This document shows positions 26,201 to 39,244 of a stretch of DNA of 64,000 bases, piece by piece. The notes under the pieces are model-generated. The model was given only the letters and a program-made list of their open reading frames with translations. It was not told the DNA's origin and searched no databases. The DNA comes from Bilabrum cf. latius (taxonomy: Eukaryota). Both the position numbers and the translations under genes were made by a program. The DNA lies in NCBI GenBank assembly GCA_965178125.1, contig OZ237747.1:806001-870000 (forward strand), written 5' to 3'. The number at the start of each line of letters is the position of its first letter. Position 1 is the first letter of the stretch.

Positions 26201-27435
26201 TCCTCTTGTTCCTTGGAAATGCCCTCGATGTTGGACCGGACACGTTTGGCTGCAAGCACCTGTCTCATGAACGTCTGGTCTACGTCTTTGTCGGCTCCGT
26301 AGCCCATGGCCTGGTCGTGCAGTTTTTCCAGTGCTCCGTGGTGCAGGAGCTGCAGCAGCTGGGAAGACGGCAGGGAAAGGACCTCGCAGGCTGTGGTGCA
26401 GACCACGTCAGCGAACCTTCGCGTGCCCCTGAAGATGGCACCCTCGCCGAACACGGAGCCCGGGGACACCTCGCCCAAAGTTGCGATGCGACGGACGCTC
26501 CTGGTGCCCGCCCCCGCGGATCCCCTCGAAAACTTTACCGTTTCGACGTGGCTGCGCTGCACCTCGCACCTGCCTCTCTTCAGAAAGTAGATGGCTTTCG
26601 GTGTCTCGCCCTGCCTGCAGACAATGGCGCCTTGGGGCATTACCTGCCGACCCATCCTACGAAGCAACACCAGCAGCTCGAATCGAGACCAGCCGGAAAA
26701 GAGGGGGACGGACTGAAGGAAATCGCAGTCCTCCCATACCAGTTTCGTCGCAAGGTGGGCAAGAGCTTCCCGCGCTTCGCTGCGCTGCACTACGAGCAAA
26801 TCCGCCCCACGCTTTCCTGCGGTGACCCGAAGCGATGAGAGGTATTCGGGGCATTTTGGTAGAGCTGTGCCGCTCACAACGGCATCAGTGTCACCCAGTC
26901 GAGGAGTTGTCCTGTTGCTGCTCGGCGCAGCACCCACTGCAGCGTCAGATATGCGCCGTTGGTGCAGACCGTCCACCACGCTGCAGTACATTTCATCAAG
27001 TTTTCCTACGGACAAGCCCGGTCCAATGCGTGCTATAAATTCAGCCGGACGGGTGGATTCATCAAACGCTGACATGCTTCCGCTGAACACCACAATGAAC
27101 TGTTCCAGCAACACTCCTCCGCCACCTGGTTGCAGCAGGTTCTCGCCAGGTGCCAAATATTTATGCCGGACATTCTTGCCGATCGCCAGCAGCCTTGCGG
27201 CGCTTGCAAAGTTAAGCACGCCCACTTTCGAGAGCCACTCTGCAACTATCTCAACTTCGCTTTGCTACCGCTCTGAAGGTTCCTGGCGACAAACTCGAGC
27301 TGGATGCGACTATTTTGAAATATCGCTAAACTCCTTGCGCTTGGTCACCCATGCTGGTAAATAGCTGCGCGCCTGCGTCCGACTTAGGTCCAGCTTGCCT
27401 GTTCGAGAGGCCCGTAGAGCGGTGCTGCCTGCCAT
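23248..27435 (-). CDS. Cyclic-nucleotide-binding domain protein (~1,395 aa) with long low-complexity C-terminus; 5 in-frame TAG
   Basis: 'FLQSVPLFSGW...IVCRQGETPKAIYFLKRGRCEV...GSVFGEGAI...RRFADVVCTTACEVLSL' is a cNMP domain, preceded by a degenerate one. ORFs 27310, 25186, 24721, 24463 and 23248 share one frame; ends TGA. Confidence 0.8.
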
Positions 27436-27965
27436 GGCAGGCCGCGGAGATGCTGCTGTCCAACGAGAAATACCGTCACTTGTTTGTTCGCTTCCGTCGC
27501 GCCATGCTTGATTAGTAACTGCGAACCGTCCAGGCTCCGGTGGGCTGGCGTTTGTGTGATGATGCAACGGACGAAAAATCGGAATCGCGACAGCAATGGC
27601 ACCAGATCTGAATGGCACAAAGCAGGCTTACTGAAATCGGGCGTAAACATACATGCTAACATGCGACTGACTCACAAACGTTCGCTATCCAAACTGTGAA
27701 GACGCCGTGAGGGTGTTGCATAAGCAGCAGCCGGGCTGTCTACCCGCCCCGAATATTTGTCTGCAACGACAGCAAGTTGTCTCCCTTTCCCGCACAATCA
27801 GCATGCTCCTGGAATCCCCGATGCCCGCCATTTCGTTTCGCAGGCCCTGAGCTGGATTAAATAGTTTCAAAGCTAGTTGCGGTTCGTTTCTCGTGGCGGC
27901 GAATCGGTCTACAAGCCCTAATTATGTGCGATTGCTGTACCAAGTTTTCTTTGGGGGAATGTGGA

Positions 27966-30029
27966 ATGTCTTAGATTCGGCTGGTAGGAACGACAATCAT
28001 ATCTACCGCCGACGTATGCACAGACATTGCGTTTTGGGCGCTGTTGGATCCTTCTAATGATCAGCTTCTGTTCGCTCTAGCTACGGCTTTCATATTTGTC
28101 CCAATAGCCGTGGTTCTTTGCCTTGAGCTGATAGTGGTCGCCAATCGGTGCGGCTGCTTTGACGAGAAGGACTCCGTTGCACCTAGCGACCGAGGCAGCT
28201 GGGTGTGGCCGGCCGCCAGGGCCATCTTGTCCCCCGTGTACCCGCTGATTTACTTGTTCTCAGAGACGCCCATGGATGCGACAGAGGTCGTGGACGGAGT
28301 GCCGAGGCAAGCGTGGGCGTCCCAACTCATCGAGCTGCTGCTTGAAGCCCTGCCGCAAGTGCTCGTGCAGAGCAGGTTGGCGTTCCTAGAAGGCAGGCTG
28401 AACAACCCACTGTACCTTACCAGCGTATTTGCAGCACTGGTCAGCCTGTCAGATAAGGTGTTCCGGCTACGACCGCGCGGGTGGCGCTCTTCAGTCGCGC
28501 TGCAGGCATTTGCGGGGGTTTTCCTGTGCTGCCTGTGCGTCGGTGGCATCGTGCCGGCGATGCTTCTCGCCATTCTGCAGGAGCACACGCCACTGGAGCT
28601 TTTCGCAGTGCACGCCACAGTAGCTGTTATATCGGCAGCATTTGGCCTGCACGGCTGGGCGGGAAGGGTGAGCAAGCAAGGTGCTGAGGCGCTGCTGTCT
28701 CTCTGCTGGCCATCCTGGTTCCTGCATGCCGAAGCTCAGCGCTCAAGGATGGTTGGAAGGGCCAGCGAGAGGAAAAGCAGAAGAAAAACGAAAAGGCAAA
28801 ATCGATAGGTGGGATCGAACCAAGTTACTAGTAGGGCCAGTCCTGAATCCGCCGCGACGCCGTCCTCAGTATCAGCTCTACAGTCCGCAAGCAGCAGCGG
28901 CCGCCATAGCATCGCTGGCAGCAGGTCTCCGAGGTCGACGACCACAGCGCGTAAAGTTGCAGTTGGTCGCAAAGTAGCTGTCCGTGCAGGACCCAAATCG
29001 TCTGCCACGGGACTTGATTCATATGGCTCGAGCCACTCAATGTCTGGGCGAGGGGTGCAGTCAGGGGGAGCTATAGTCCAGGCGGCAGGCGGCTTGCCCG
29101 AGGATCCCGTGGCGGCGATCTTGGCCAGGATGCAGGGCACTGCAGTTGCGCCACTGGATGACCCGATCCCGTTTGACGAGCCCGCGCCGTCACCGCCAAG
29201 GGCGAGTCCAACGGTCGGAAGTGCGCAATCAGCGTCGGCGAGTCCCCCGGCCGACCAGCTCAGGCTGCCGTCTGCCACGAGGCACTCACCGGTAGCAAGC
29301 AGCAGGGTGGTGTATGGCCCAGACGACTTAGAAGCAAGCCCCGCGATCGTCAAGCCTGTCACGGCGGTCGGCCCGGGGGGTCAGACTTTTGGTTCTGCAA
29401 CGAAGCCGGGGGACGGGAGCGAATTGGAAGGCGAGACAGCGTGCGAGTGCTGCGAGGACCTGGTGGAGGAGGGTTGCACTGCATTGCAGTGCAACGTAGC
29501 GGGCTGCGTGATCGGCACCACTCGAGGGTGCATCGTCTTGGCTGCGATTATCGTGGCGTGCATTTCGCCAGCTCTTGTGTTTCTGCCGGTGGTGGTTGAA
29601 AGCCAGTGGTTGGGAGCTGGCCGACCGGCGGAGCAAGCTCTGCTCATGGGTCACAACTCGTTCCGTGCCTGGAAGCGGTCCCTCACTGGGCTTGTTCTAG
29701 TTGGCTGTATCGTGCTTTTGGCGCAAGGAACTGTCCATGGGTTGGTTTTGGGCGGCGTTGCAAGCGGCCTGTCGGTGTCGGGCAATCCGACAGACGTTGC
29801 ACGTGTGGGGATTCAGCTGTCGGTTGGCAGTGATCCGTCTCGTTGGTTCACCCGAGGCTGCAGCGCCGAAGACTAGTCCCAGTTCGAGTGCGATGAGAAT
29901 GCGAGCGTGTTTGTGAGAGCAGCTATGACGATGCACGCCATGGTTGCGACGGTGGGCGTGCTGGCGGCGCTTGGGTCGTGCCTGTCGATGAGGGGCTCCA
30001 CATTGAGGCAGACTTGCGGGCTCGATTGA
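27966..30029 (+). CDS. XK-related (Xkr-like) multi-pass membrane protein (~687 aa); 3 in-frame TAG
   Basis: Begins ATG-TCT-TAG. 'ADVCTDIAFW' and 'IELLLEALPQVLVQ' match the Xkr D..TD and E...E..PQ..+Q motifs. Continues through TAGs at 28806 and 29874 to TGA 30027-30029. Confidence 0.65.
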
Positions 30030-30167
30030 CTGAGGCTGGCGTGGCATTGCACGATGCGATGCGATCAATAATGACATACATCAGGATGGTATAGTTGGGC
30101 TAGTGTCAAGGCGCAAAAAGCTCGGGCCGCCGTCTCAATTCAGGTGTTGGCCAGGACCTGATCACGA

Positions 30168-30971
30168 TCACGCCGGGATCCGCTCGAAGGCATAGTCGTA
30201 CACGTGTCCCGTGTGCTCGGGCTCTAGCCTGGATATGACGTCCACGAGCATGGAGGCGGATTTGTCCGCATCGAATAGCTTCTCAGGCTTCACGTTTCTC
30301 TAAAACGGTTTGCTGAGGTCAGTCGCAACGGTGCCTGGGTGGAGGCCGACGACCACGGCCTTCTTCTTCGACCGCCTGTGCATCTCGATTGAGAAGGTCT
30401 TGGTGAACTGATTCTGGGCCGCCTTGGCTGCCCTGTACGAGTACCACCCCCCGATCCCGTTGTCAGTGATAGATCCAACGCGGGCGCTCATGGAAGCGAA
30501 CACTGGCCGCCCGCCGGCCACTCCCGTGTCAGCCAGCAGCTTGCCAAAGTGCTTGCCGAGCAGCATAGGTCCCATCGTGTTGACCTAGAAGTTCGCCATC
30601 ATGCCCTCGATTGAAATGTCCTCGAATCGCCGTTCCGGCTCAATATCGCTCTATCCTCCGATATTTCCATGCAGCACTCCAGCCACATTGAACAGGAGCC
30701 CCAGCCTGATTTCGTCAATCTTGAGCTACTCCTCGACGTGATTCTTCGCTGATGCAATGGATTCTTCATCTAACAGATCCATAACAAGCGGCTCTATCCT
30801 GGTCGATGTTCCAAGCTCACCGCGGAGGCTAGAAGCCACATCCTCTGCAGATGCTCTGGATCGGCAACTCGCGAACACTACACCGTATTGGCCTCCCTGA
30901 ACCAGCTACCTGACAACCGCCCGGCCTATTCCTCTGTTTGCCCCTGTAACAATTCCAGCAACGCGATTCAT
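30168..30971 (-). CDS. Short-chain dehydrogenase/reductase, CsgA/C-factor-like (267 aa); 5 in-frame TAG
   Basis: 'IVTGANRGIGRAVVR*L', 'NVAGVLH', 'F*VNTMGPML', 'SARVGSITDNGIGGWYSYRAAKAAQNQ', 'LHPGTVATDLSKPF*RNV'; ends TGA. Confidence 0.9.
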
Positions 30972-31115
30972 GCCCTACCTGCAGAGAAATGAAGCGACAG
31001 AAAGTACATCAAACACGTCATCGCGATGCCAAGGTTGATGAATGACGAGTGAGATTTCGACCGGAAACGACTGCTCAATTTGTATTGCATAGGATAAAGC
31101 CTGGACGTGAATGAA

Positions 31116-33077
31116 ATGGTCTCAAGACTCCGTTTTGGTGTGCTGAAGTTCTTGCGGGATCGCCCCATATGGAGGTCGTCTGCAGCGTTGCGAATCCCAG
31201 CAGGGGCCAGCAAGTCCAAGTTCAGCACGATTAGCCAGGAAATTTCAAAGGAAGAGAGTATTTTAGAAGCAATTCAAGACATATCTATACCCCCTGTTGG
31301 AGAAAGTGCGGGGGGGCTCGGTAGTATCAAGCAGGTGTCGGTGCGATCGGCGGGAAAGGCAACAGTCCTGGTACAAGAGCCATCTGCAGCGTTCGGTCAC
31401 CGCACTTCTGTCGCGAACAGCGTGTTCAAGGCGCTGTAGTCTGGCTAGCATGACCTTTCTTCAGTTGAGGTGGAGTTCAGGCCTCCACCTCCTGCTCCCG
31501 CAAAGCAAACTGGGCTCACGAGGCTCGCAGACGGTCTCGCGGAAGTATCCAACGTGATTGCGGTCTCGAGCGCAAAAGGTGGCGTCGGCAAATCAACTGT
31601 TGCTGTGAATTTAGCGTACGCTCTAAGAAGAATGGGGGCTCGGGTCGGTCTGCTCGACGCCGACATTTACGGCCCCTCGCTGCCGTACATGATCAGCCCA
31701 TAGGATGTGGCAGTTGTGCGCAAAGAGAACGGCAGGATGCAGCCAGTTGAACACGATGGTGTACAGTGCATGTCATACGGCTGGGTCGCCAGGAAAGACG
31801 AGCACGGGGAGCGAACGGGCGGTGTGATGCGCGGCCCTCTCGTCTCCACCGTGGTGCAGCAGCTGGCCTCGCTGACCGACTGGGGCCCCCTGGACTACTT
31901 GATCGTGGACATGCCCCCCGGCACCGGCGACATTTAGATCACGCTGGGGCAGAAACTCGCGCTCGCCGGAGCCGTGGTCGTGTCCACCCCTCACGCCCTC
32001 TCAACCGAAGACGCAACCAAAGGGATCCGGCTGTTCGAATCCATGCGCGTCCCTGTTTTGGCTTTGGTGGAGAACATGAGCTACTTCGTGGGAGACGATG
32101 GGAAAGTATACAAACCGCTGGGAAGGGGACGCACGGACGAGATCGTGAAGACCTTCGGGGTCAAGCTCAAGGTTCAGCTGCCCATGCACCCGGCGGTGGC
32201 TGGCTCCTGCGACGGGGTGGGGGATCCGGAGCCGGATTCATCCACCCAGGGAGTGAGCTCCCAATCGTGGCAGCAATTTGCCTCGAGGAGCCGCCCGGAG
32301 CCGATGGTCATGTGGCGTGAAGGGCTAGGCAAGGACAGAGAACTCGGCCTCCCCGTTCCTGGTGCATCCATTCGGGCCAGCACACCCACCTCAGGTGCCG
32401 GCAGAGGTGAAAGAGGGTGTGATGAGTGGGAAGACCCGTTCGGCCCCGAGTCGCTCAGCCGAGCGAGCGATGCCTTGTTTGAGACCGGGAACAGGAGCAC
32501 CCAGGGAACAAAGCATGGAACAGCTGCATCTGGTGCTCCAAGCAACAACCCGATCCGGCCTTTTTACCAGCTAGCCGCGGGAATCAGCGACGCGTGCTCT
32601 CTCAAGAAGTACGGAGGGTCGCAGGCAACCACCACCGTGGGTTGGAACCAGTCCCGCGGGGCCTGGGACTGGCTGTTTCCTGGCGATGCTGCGCCCCGCG
32701 GGTCGCGCGGCGCCCTTGTGCTGCGGCAGTTCCGCAGGACCGGCGCGGAGGAAATGCTCCTTCCTGCTGCTCTAGTGCGGGCTGCCTCGAGGTCAGCGGA
32801 TGCCGAGGAGGACAGGCGGAGCCGGGGGGTTGGCAACGGTGCGGCTGCGACCGTTGGTGAAGTTAGCGGTGCAGACGGTGGTGGTGCGCTTGCTGATTGG
32901 TCTACGTTGGTCGAAGAGGCGCAACGGCACGCCGACTGCGTGCCCCTGAGCGTGGAAGCGCAGGGTCTGTACGCTGTGCAGATCGAGTGGAGCGACGGAC
33001 ACAGCAGCAGCATATACTCGTATGAGCTGCTGCAGAGGATTGGCAGGGCGGTACAAATGCATCAGCCGAAGAAGTGA
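31116..33077 (+). CDS. HCF101: HCF101-type Mrp/NBP35 Fe-S cluster carrier ATPase (DUF59-like + P-loop + DUF971), probably the mitochondrial form; 3 in-frame TAG
   Basis: '[18 protein letters not shown]', 'DADIYGPS', 'MRGP', '[12 protein letters not shown]', 'VENMSYF', C-terminal '[20 protein letters not shown]'; Arg-rich N-terminal presequence; ends TGA. Confidence 0.88.
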
Positions 33078-33633
33078 TTGATATTTTAGGCTAGGTTGGG
33101 CGTGTCCCAGGAAAAGGCAAGTGCATGTGATTCAAACTACACGCTACCCAGGCTAAGAAGTCACCCGAAGGCTACTTCGGCCGGGAGGAAACATCTCACT
33201 GACCAGCTCAAGCTCCAGCAGCTGCCAGCTGTGCTGCTTCTCCATGGAGGTTCTGCACATCTGTAACTCCCACTGCGAGTGCTACCAGTAGGGGATGTAA
33301 GAGACCAGCAAGGTCGGGATCAAGGCCGCCTGCCTAGCCCCAAGCACTCCCAGAGCCACCACCTGGTTGTGCACCTGCCGGGATCGCAGCCAACGCTGTC
33401 AGCTTCCGCCACCACGCACCCGCCAAGTGAGGATGACAGGAACGAGTCTCTAGTCCTAGTAGTTTGGTCAATAGCACTGCAAGCAGTGATGCTCGTTTTG
33501 CCCAAGCATTCTCGTGTTCGATTCCCTACGTAGCGAAAGTTCCTTGAATGCAAGACCGGAACTACCTAGATCTGTTGGGGCGGGGAAAGCTGTGGCTCAC
33601 TCTCAACTCAGAAATACAGCACTTGGTGAAGGC

Positions 33634-34396
33634 ATGGCAGCTGCTGGTCCGGGCGATGTAGATGCTGCAGCAGAAATCGAGACACCTGCGCTACGCCGTC
33701 TCCGGGAAGTGAGGATTCAGAGTAGATTTGGCTTGGAAATCGCAATTTGTACCACCAAGTCCTATCTTTCTATATTTACCGCAATTTTGCCGCAGGAGCA
33801 AGCTCGATGGGAAACGGATGAGTTTATAATGCAAGCAAGTGGATGCACGATTGAATGGGATGAGACTAACGCCGCAGCGCCCATCACAATCCATCTTGCT
33901 CTCCCAGTAAGCAGCAGGACGGCCGATTCTCTTGGCTGCTTGCTACCGGTGTTGAACCGCAAGTACAGCTTGTTCCGAGCAGATCCAATAATTTTTCGAA
34001 GATTTTGTTGAATTCGCTTTATTTACGCAATGGCAGGACAAAATTAAGATCTTGGATGGTCCCGAAGAGGAGAGCCCGTACGGAGGGCGCACCCTGGAAG
34101 TTGCCGTATCGATATCCGCTCATTATCCCAAAGAAAGGCCCTTCGTCCGCTTTAAGACGATTCCGTATCATCCCCAAGTACTTGCTTCTGGATTTATTTG
34201 CCCCGACCACGCGAACGGTGGTCTCAGGTGGAGCGAGGAGATGACCATGCTTGGTTTGATTCACTATCTCCGCGGACTCTTCGGCCGGATCGAACCATGC
34301 ACTTGCATTTCCAGGCAAGAAATCTTGGATGAAATCCTCAGTAACAAGGGAGAATTTCTGAAGAAAGCCAGGAAGGACGTTGAGCCAGCAGCCTAA
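33634..34396 (+). CDS. Ubiquitin-conjugating enzyme E2 family protein (~181 aa); exons 33634-33708, 33796-33906, 34037-34396
   Basis: 'ALRRLRE|E', 'GPEEESPYGG...YPKERPFVRFKTIPYHPQVLASGFICPD'; introns GTGAGG..CGCAG (87 nt) and GTAAGC..GGCAG (130 nt); ends TAA at the normal end of the E2 fold. Confidence 0.8.
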
Positions 34397-35233
34397 AGAG
34401 CTGCGATCAGGAGGCAAGCCGGTTGGTGAGCATCACCAGCAGCCCAAGCAACTCGCCGACGCCGAGGCCAACAAGGTCTCTGAGATTGAGGTCGCGCGGT
34501 GGGCGCAGTACCCGCTCGAGGTGCAGGCCCAGATGCGACATAGAGAAGCAGAGGAAGGAGCGCGATTGATGATGCCAGGCCAGTGAGGTACGAGCAGGAA
34601 CGGCGACTAGGGATAGGCGAGGACGGGGTGAATGCGGAGTAGGGAGGGTTGACGGGGAAGGAGGGAGAGGTGAGGGGGGGTTGAGCAGAGAGGGGTGACG
34701 GTTCACCAAGCGGGTGAGGTAGTAGTCGAGGAGAAGATGATTGGTGGGGTCATCTGGTTGATACGGCGGATAGGAAGGGGAGGGTACACGCCGGGCAGGT
34801 GGAGGTGTGGGCGTGCGGGTGACGAGTGACTCGGATCAAGGGATCGGATCACCCGACCACATGCGGATGAGCAAATTGGGAGAATCAAACCGCGTGCTAT
34901 TCGGGCGCTGAAGGGCAGCATTCGGCAGTTTTTCCTTTTTTTTGGGGGGGTGGTAAGCTCCTCCAACCATTGAGGATGGAGTACGCAGATCTGCCGTTGC
35001 TGGCTTCGTGCCCTCAGGCTACGCCGGGTGTGTTTCTGCCAGTCATTATAATAACGCGGTTCAATCAGTGGACAGCACACAAGCGCACCAACGTCCGCCA
35101 TAAACACCAGTCTTTGATTCCACCGCAGACAGTATGCCGGCCGTGGACTACCCCCGCCACGCCGTTACCTAGAAAACAAAATTGTACATGCAGCCTTCCA
35201 GGGAAATGAGTGCCCGAGATGCGGCATGCCTAG

Positions 35234-38200
35234 TCATAATAGCACGCCCTTCGATGAGGGACCTGATGCACTGCCTCTTGAAGTGGAGGCAGACGAGCTG
35301 CTGCTGCTGCTTGCAACTGCCTTTGGAGCCAGGGCATGCGAGCCTGCTAGCGGCCCAGCCGCATCGCCGACGGGCTCCTACCTCTCGCGCACGCCAAGAT
35401 CCTTGCCACGGTTTCCCTCCTATAAGCTTACCTCCTATCGCCTCTGCTCCGAAGCCAGGTCACGCACCACGTGCGCAGCCAGCTTGGAAGCGACGGGCAG
35501 GCGGGCACTCGTCAGCGCAATCGAAGTGGAGACCCTGCAGATAGGGTGCACCGGAACTGGCTCTTCGTGCCAGACTCTGCTTTGACCCGATCCAGCCTCC
35601 CCCGCCCCCGCCCCCGCTTGGTCTTGTTCTTGTTCCCCAGCCATCGGGCACAGCCCGGTGAGGGCCCCCATCGCGCCCCCCAGCTGTGCCCTGAGCCCCG
35701 CCAGCACAGAGGCCGTCCCAGTGCTGTCGCTGGCATCGATCGCAGCGGCGATCTGCTTCCGCATGGGGGCTCCCAGGGAGCAAACGATCGGATCAAATCG
35801 CCCCCGGACTCTCACAAGCCCACCAAAGGCAGTCACGGGCTCGACAGCAGCCCAGCTGGTCCCACTGCCACCACCCCGACCCGGGCAGCCAGCCTGCGCG
35901 TCCGCGCCGCACGCTGATTGCCGCTTGCTGAGCGCATCGACCCAGCTGCCCTCTGCACCCGCGCGCCCGTCCATGGAACCAGCCCTTCCGCTGCTGCTTG
36001 CAAACCTGAGCTGCGCATCGATGTCTCTGAAGGCTACACACACCGCTGATTCGTTCGGAAGTTCGCCACGAGCAGCAGGGGACACCACCGAGCCGTCCCT
36101 TCCAGCAGGCTCTATCCCCACTGCAGCACTGGAAACGCCTGTGCCGCCGGCACCGATGAGCCCACTGCTGCCCGATAACCCCTGCCCCGACCCGACGCTC
36201 TCGGTGCCCACATGCTGAGCCACTAGATCTCTCTCAAGAGCACCGGCCTGAAGCACGCACGATGCCGCGAAACGCACGTGGCCAGTGGCCATTAGCTACT
36301 CGCTGCCCTCACCAAACTCGCTCGATTCCCTCGTGCCGCCTAAGTCGGCAACACCGGCCTCGTCGCTCATATCGTCAAGGTCCTTCCAGGACACTGACTT
36401 TGAAGGCTTCATGCATGCAGCCTGCTTGGCTGCTGCAACGGCCGAGGCGCTCTCCTTCGCTACAGAGAGAGGCGCGCTTCCACGGCTGGAGGTCGACGCC
36501 TCCGCCTCGGACAGCTTCTGCTTCGCTTCCTGCGGGGACTAACCCACGGTCGTGCCGTCCCTGTATGTGCACTGCACGATCATATCGGCCAGCACAGGAA
36601 CTACCAAAAGCCATCGGCCCGACCCCAGCGGGATGGGGGGGTGGTTCCCCGGCTGCGGGGTGGCATTCCGATTTTCAGCGTCCTTGCTAGCAGCAGCTCC
36701 CGACGATGAGGATGCAGACGATGAGGATGCAGACGATGAGGATGAGGAAGATGCCGTGAGTGGCGGGGGTGGGCCCATCCTGGTCGCCGGGGCCCCCTGG
36801 CTCCTCGCGTGCAATGCCAGCTACGATGCAACAAGGACCCGACCAGCCGAAACTGCTTGCACGACCTCGTCTGCGGTCAGCATGCCATCTACCGAGGGTG
36901 CGTCGGAGGTGGAGGATCCCGTATGCCCCGGCATGGTTCTCGCTACAAGCCTGAGAATCTACGCCCCCGGAAACAGTACGGACCTTCGAGACAGCATCGC
37001 GTTCAGCATACCCGCCAGCTGGAATCCGCCGGCGTTCTCCATCGCGAATATAGGATCCCTGTGTCCGTACCCTTCGGTCTGTCCGTGCTAGGCCACGTTG
37101 TATCCGAGTAGCCCGCAGAGGGAGGGGCTGGCCGCCCACGAGTGCATGGCCAAGACAGAATCGACCGTTTGGTTCTGGTCATCCTTATCGTTTTGTCCAT
37201 TGGATACAGTATTGCCAGGTGGTTCCGCGCGATGTGCCGGACTAGACGCCAGCGTCTCTGACACGGGCATTGATGCCATCTACCGATCGGCATGCGCTAA
37301 GGCTGGCTTCATATTAGCTCCTGTGACTGCGCTGGTTCGCCCGAGCTGCTGCTGAATCTCTGGTACAGAAGTGTCTGCGAGCATCCCATGCGCTCGCAGC
37401 ATCCGCTCCATAGCAGTGTCGAGCTTCTTGTCACGCTCAGCCTGCTGGAGGACACCCTGCATAGCGACTCGGATGCTCGACCTGGGCACACAGCTGGGCG
37501 TGTGGCCTGACAGAATTGGCACAGGACAGTAGTCCAAGATAGCCTGTATTGTGGCTTGCATCTTTGAATCCACCGGTATCCCGTAGGGAGACATCGAGAC
37601 TCGCTCAAGGGAGCCGTTGCCTCTGCTCCCCGCATCGATGCACTGCACTGCGGTTCGAAGAGCCGTGCAGAACAATCTGGCCGAGTGTGCCTGCAACTCG
37701 ACCGGCATGCCACCGAAAATGGGTGCACCGCGAGTCAGCAAACCACCAGCCGAGTGTGCTATCTCCTTCAGCTCGCTCGCGAGCCAAGCAGCCGCTTTCC
37801 GCAATGCCGCCTCGACGCCGCCCCTCCTTTTGCCCATGGAGACCGCCGTGGCGATCTAAAGCTCAACCTCCGCGCATGTCGGCAGCTGCCTTATGAGATC
37901 AGTGACGCGAGCCGAGTCGAGTGGGACGCGATCGTTCTACGTTGCCTAGGCAGGCACGGTCTGGGATTCGACTCCCATGGGGAGCGTGCGAGGACGCTTT
38001 ACCATCGGCTCTGGGGTCGTGCTGTGCACAATATCCAGACCGAGGCCCCTCCATCCAGCAGATGGGGCTGTTTGTCCGCCGATTTGTTTGCCTAGGTACC
38101 CAGATGCGCTGGCGGGTCCATTCCACGGCTGGCTAGACGCTGCACCTCTACCCGACAGGGAAGCCTCCCTGGCTCGCTTGATCCCCGCTAGCGCAATTCG

Positions 38201-39244
38201 CAGCGAAGCAGGGTCACGTAATGCGCCAGCTGAGGGGAAACTCGCCTGCAATGTTCCTGCTGATAGCAAATCACCAGCATTTCGCGCCGAATGAACAGCC
38301 AACTGTTGGCTGCAACGTGTCTCTGACGGCATTCCCGGGCCGAGCACTGGAGATGCGTCCTTCGAATCGAAATCCAAAACAATAGGTCTAATTGCTGTCC
38401 CAGTTCTGCCGGCATCCACCCGTACAGGTTGCGTCCAGCGGCCATTTTGTTTTCGGGCGTTGCCGCCTCCAGAGTGGCCAGCATCTGTCAAAGCCAATAG
38501 CCCTGCAAGAGCTCTAGAGTTCTTATCATCTCTTTCCTAGGATGTCTTCTTCTATGTCGACGGGGCCGAAGGCGAGTCAGCTGGCGCGGAATCGCCCTGC
38601 ATTGCTTGCTGCTGGTAGCCACCCGAAGTTGCAGGGCTAGGCAGAGGTCGTCCAGTGGTGCCATGTCTGGGGAATATCACTTGCTTCGCACTACTCTAAG
38701 TGCCATCAGGCATGACTGCGGCGGAATTATTCGTATCAAATCCAAAAAGTCGCCCCATTGGGAGCCCGAGAGGGCTTGATGCAGGCAAGGTAGTCATAAG
38801 TCTGTTTCGAGCCTCGAGGTTGGTATGGGCGGCTACGGAAACCTACTACGACACGTGTCGCTGCAATAGCGAGTGCTGGGTAAGCCCATTATAGCTCGCC
38901 AATGGCGAATAGTTTGAGCCAGCACCATACATGCCGCCGAGTGAAATGGTTCCGTCTGCTTGCGGCCCGACGATGCCTGAGCCTGGCAAGAGCGCACCAG
39001 GGTGAGTCCCACGAGGTGCATGATGCCCCAATGGATTCAACACCTAGCCCCAGTGATGCATAGGCGGGTATCCCACTCCTCGCGATCGACGCGCGGCTCC
39101 TTCGGGCCTCTCAACGCATTCTTCAGGTATCCCAAGCTTGATGCAGCGTGGGCACGGTCGAGCATCAGCACAACGGCGCTTCGACATAGAGCAAGGCAAG
39201 CATGCTTTCTTAGCAATGCTTGGCTTGCCTGCACCTCCGTCCAT
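35234..39244 (-). CDS. Zn(II)2Cys6 binuclear-cluster transcription factor, paralog A (~1,336 aa); about 18 in-frame TAG
   Basis: 'KKACLPCSMSKRRCADARPCPRCIKLGIPEEC' (C-x2-C-x6-C-x5-C-x2-C-x8-C). One frame from ATG 39244 to TGA 35234 if TAG is sense; colinear homology to the gene at 44021-48306. Confidence 0.8.
35582..35805 (-). repeat. Copy 1 of a ~220 bp near-identical inverted repeat (copy 2 at 47633-47850), inside the two Zn2Cys6 paralogs
   Basis: The reverse complement matches 47633-47850 with about 6 substitutions and one 6-nt indel (read by eye). Confidence 0.92.

Noticed and set aside
33078-33633. Possible small gene between HCF101 and the E2 gene
   Set aside because: Open stretches exist on both strands, but none has a credible ATG, splice structure or recognisable motif.
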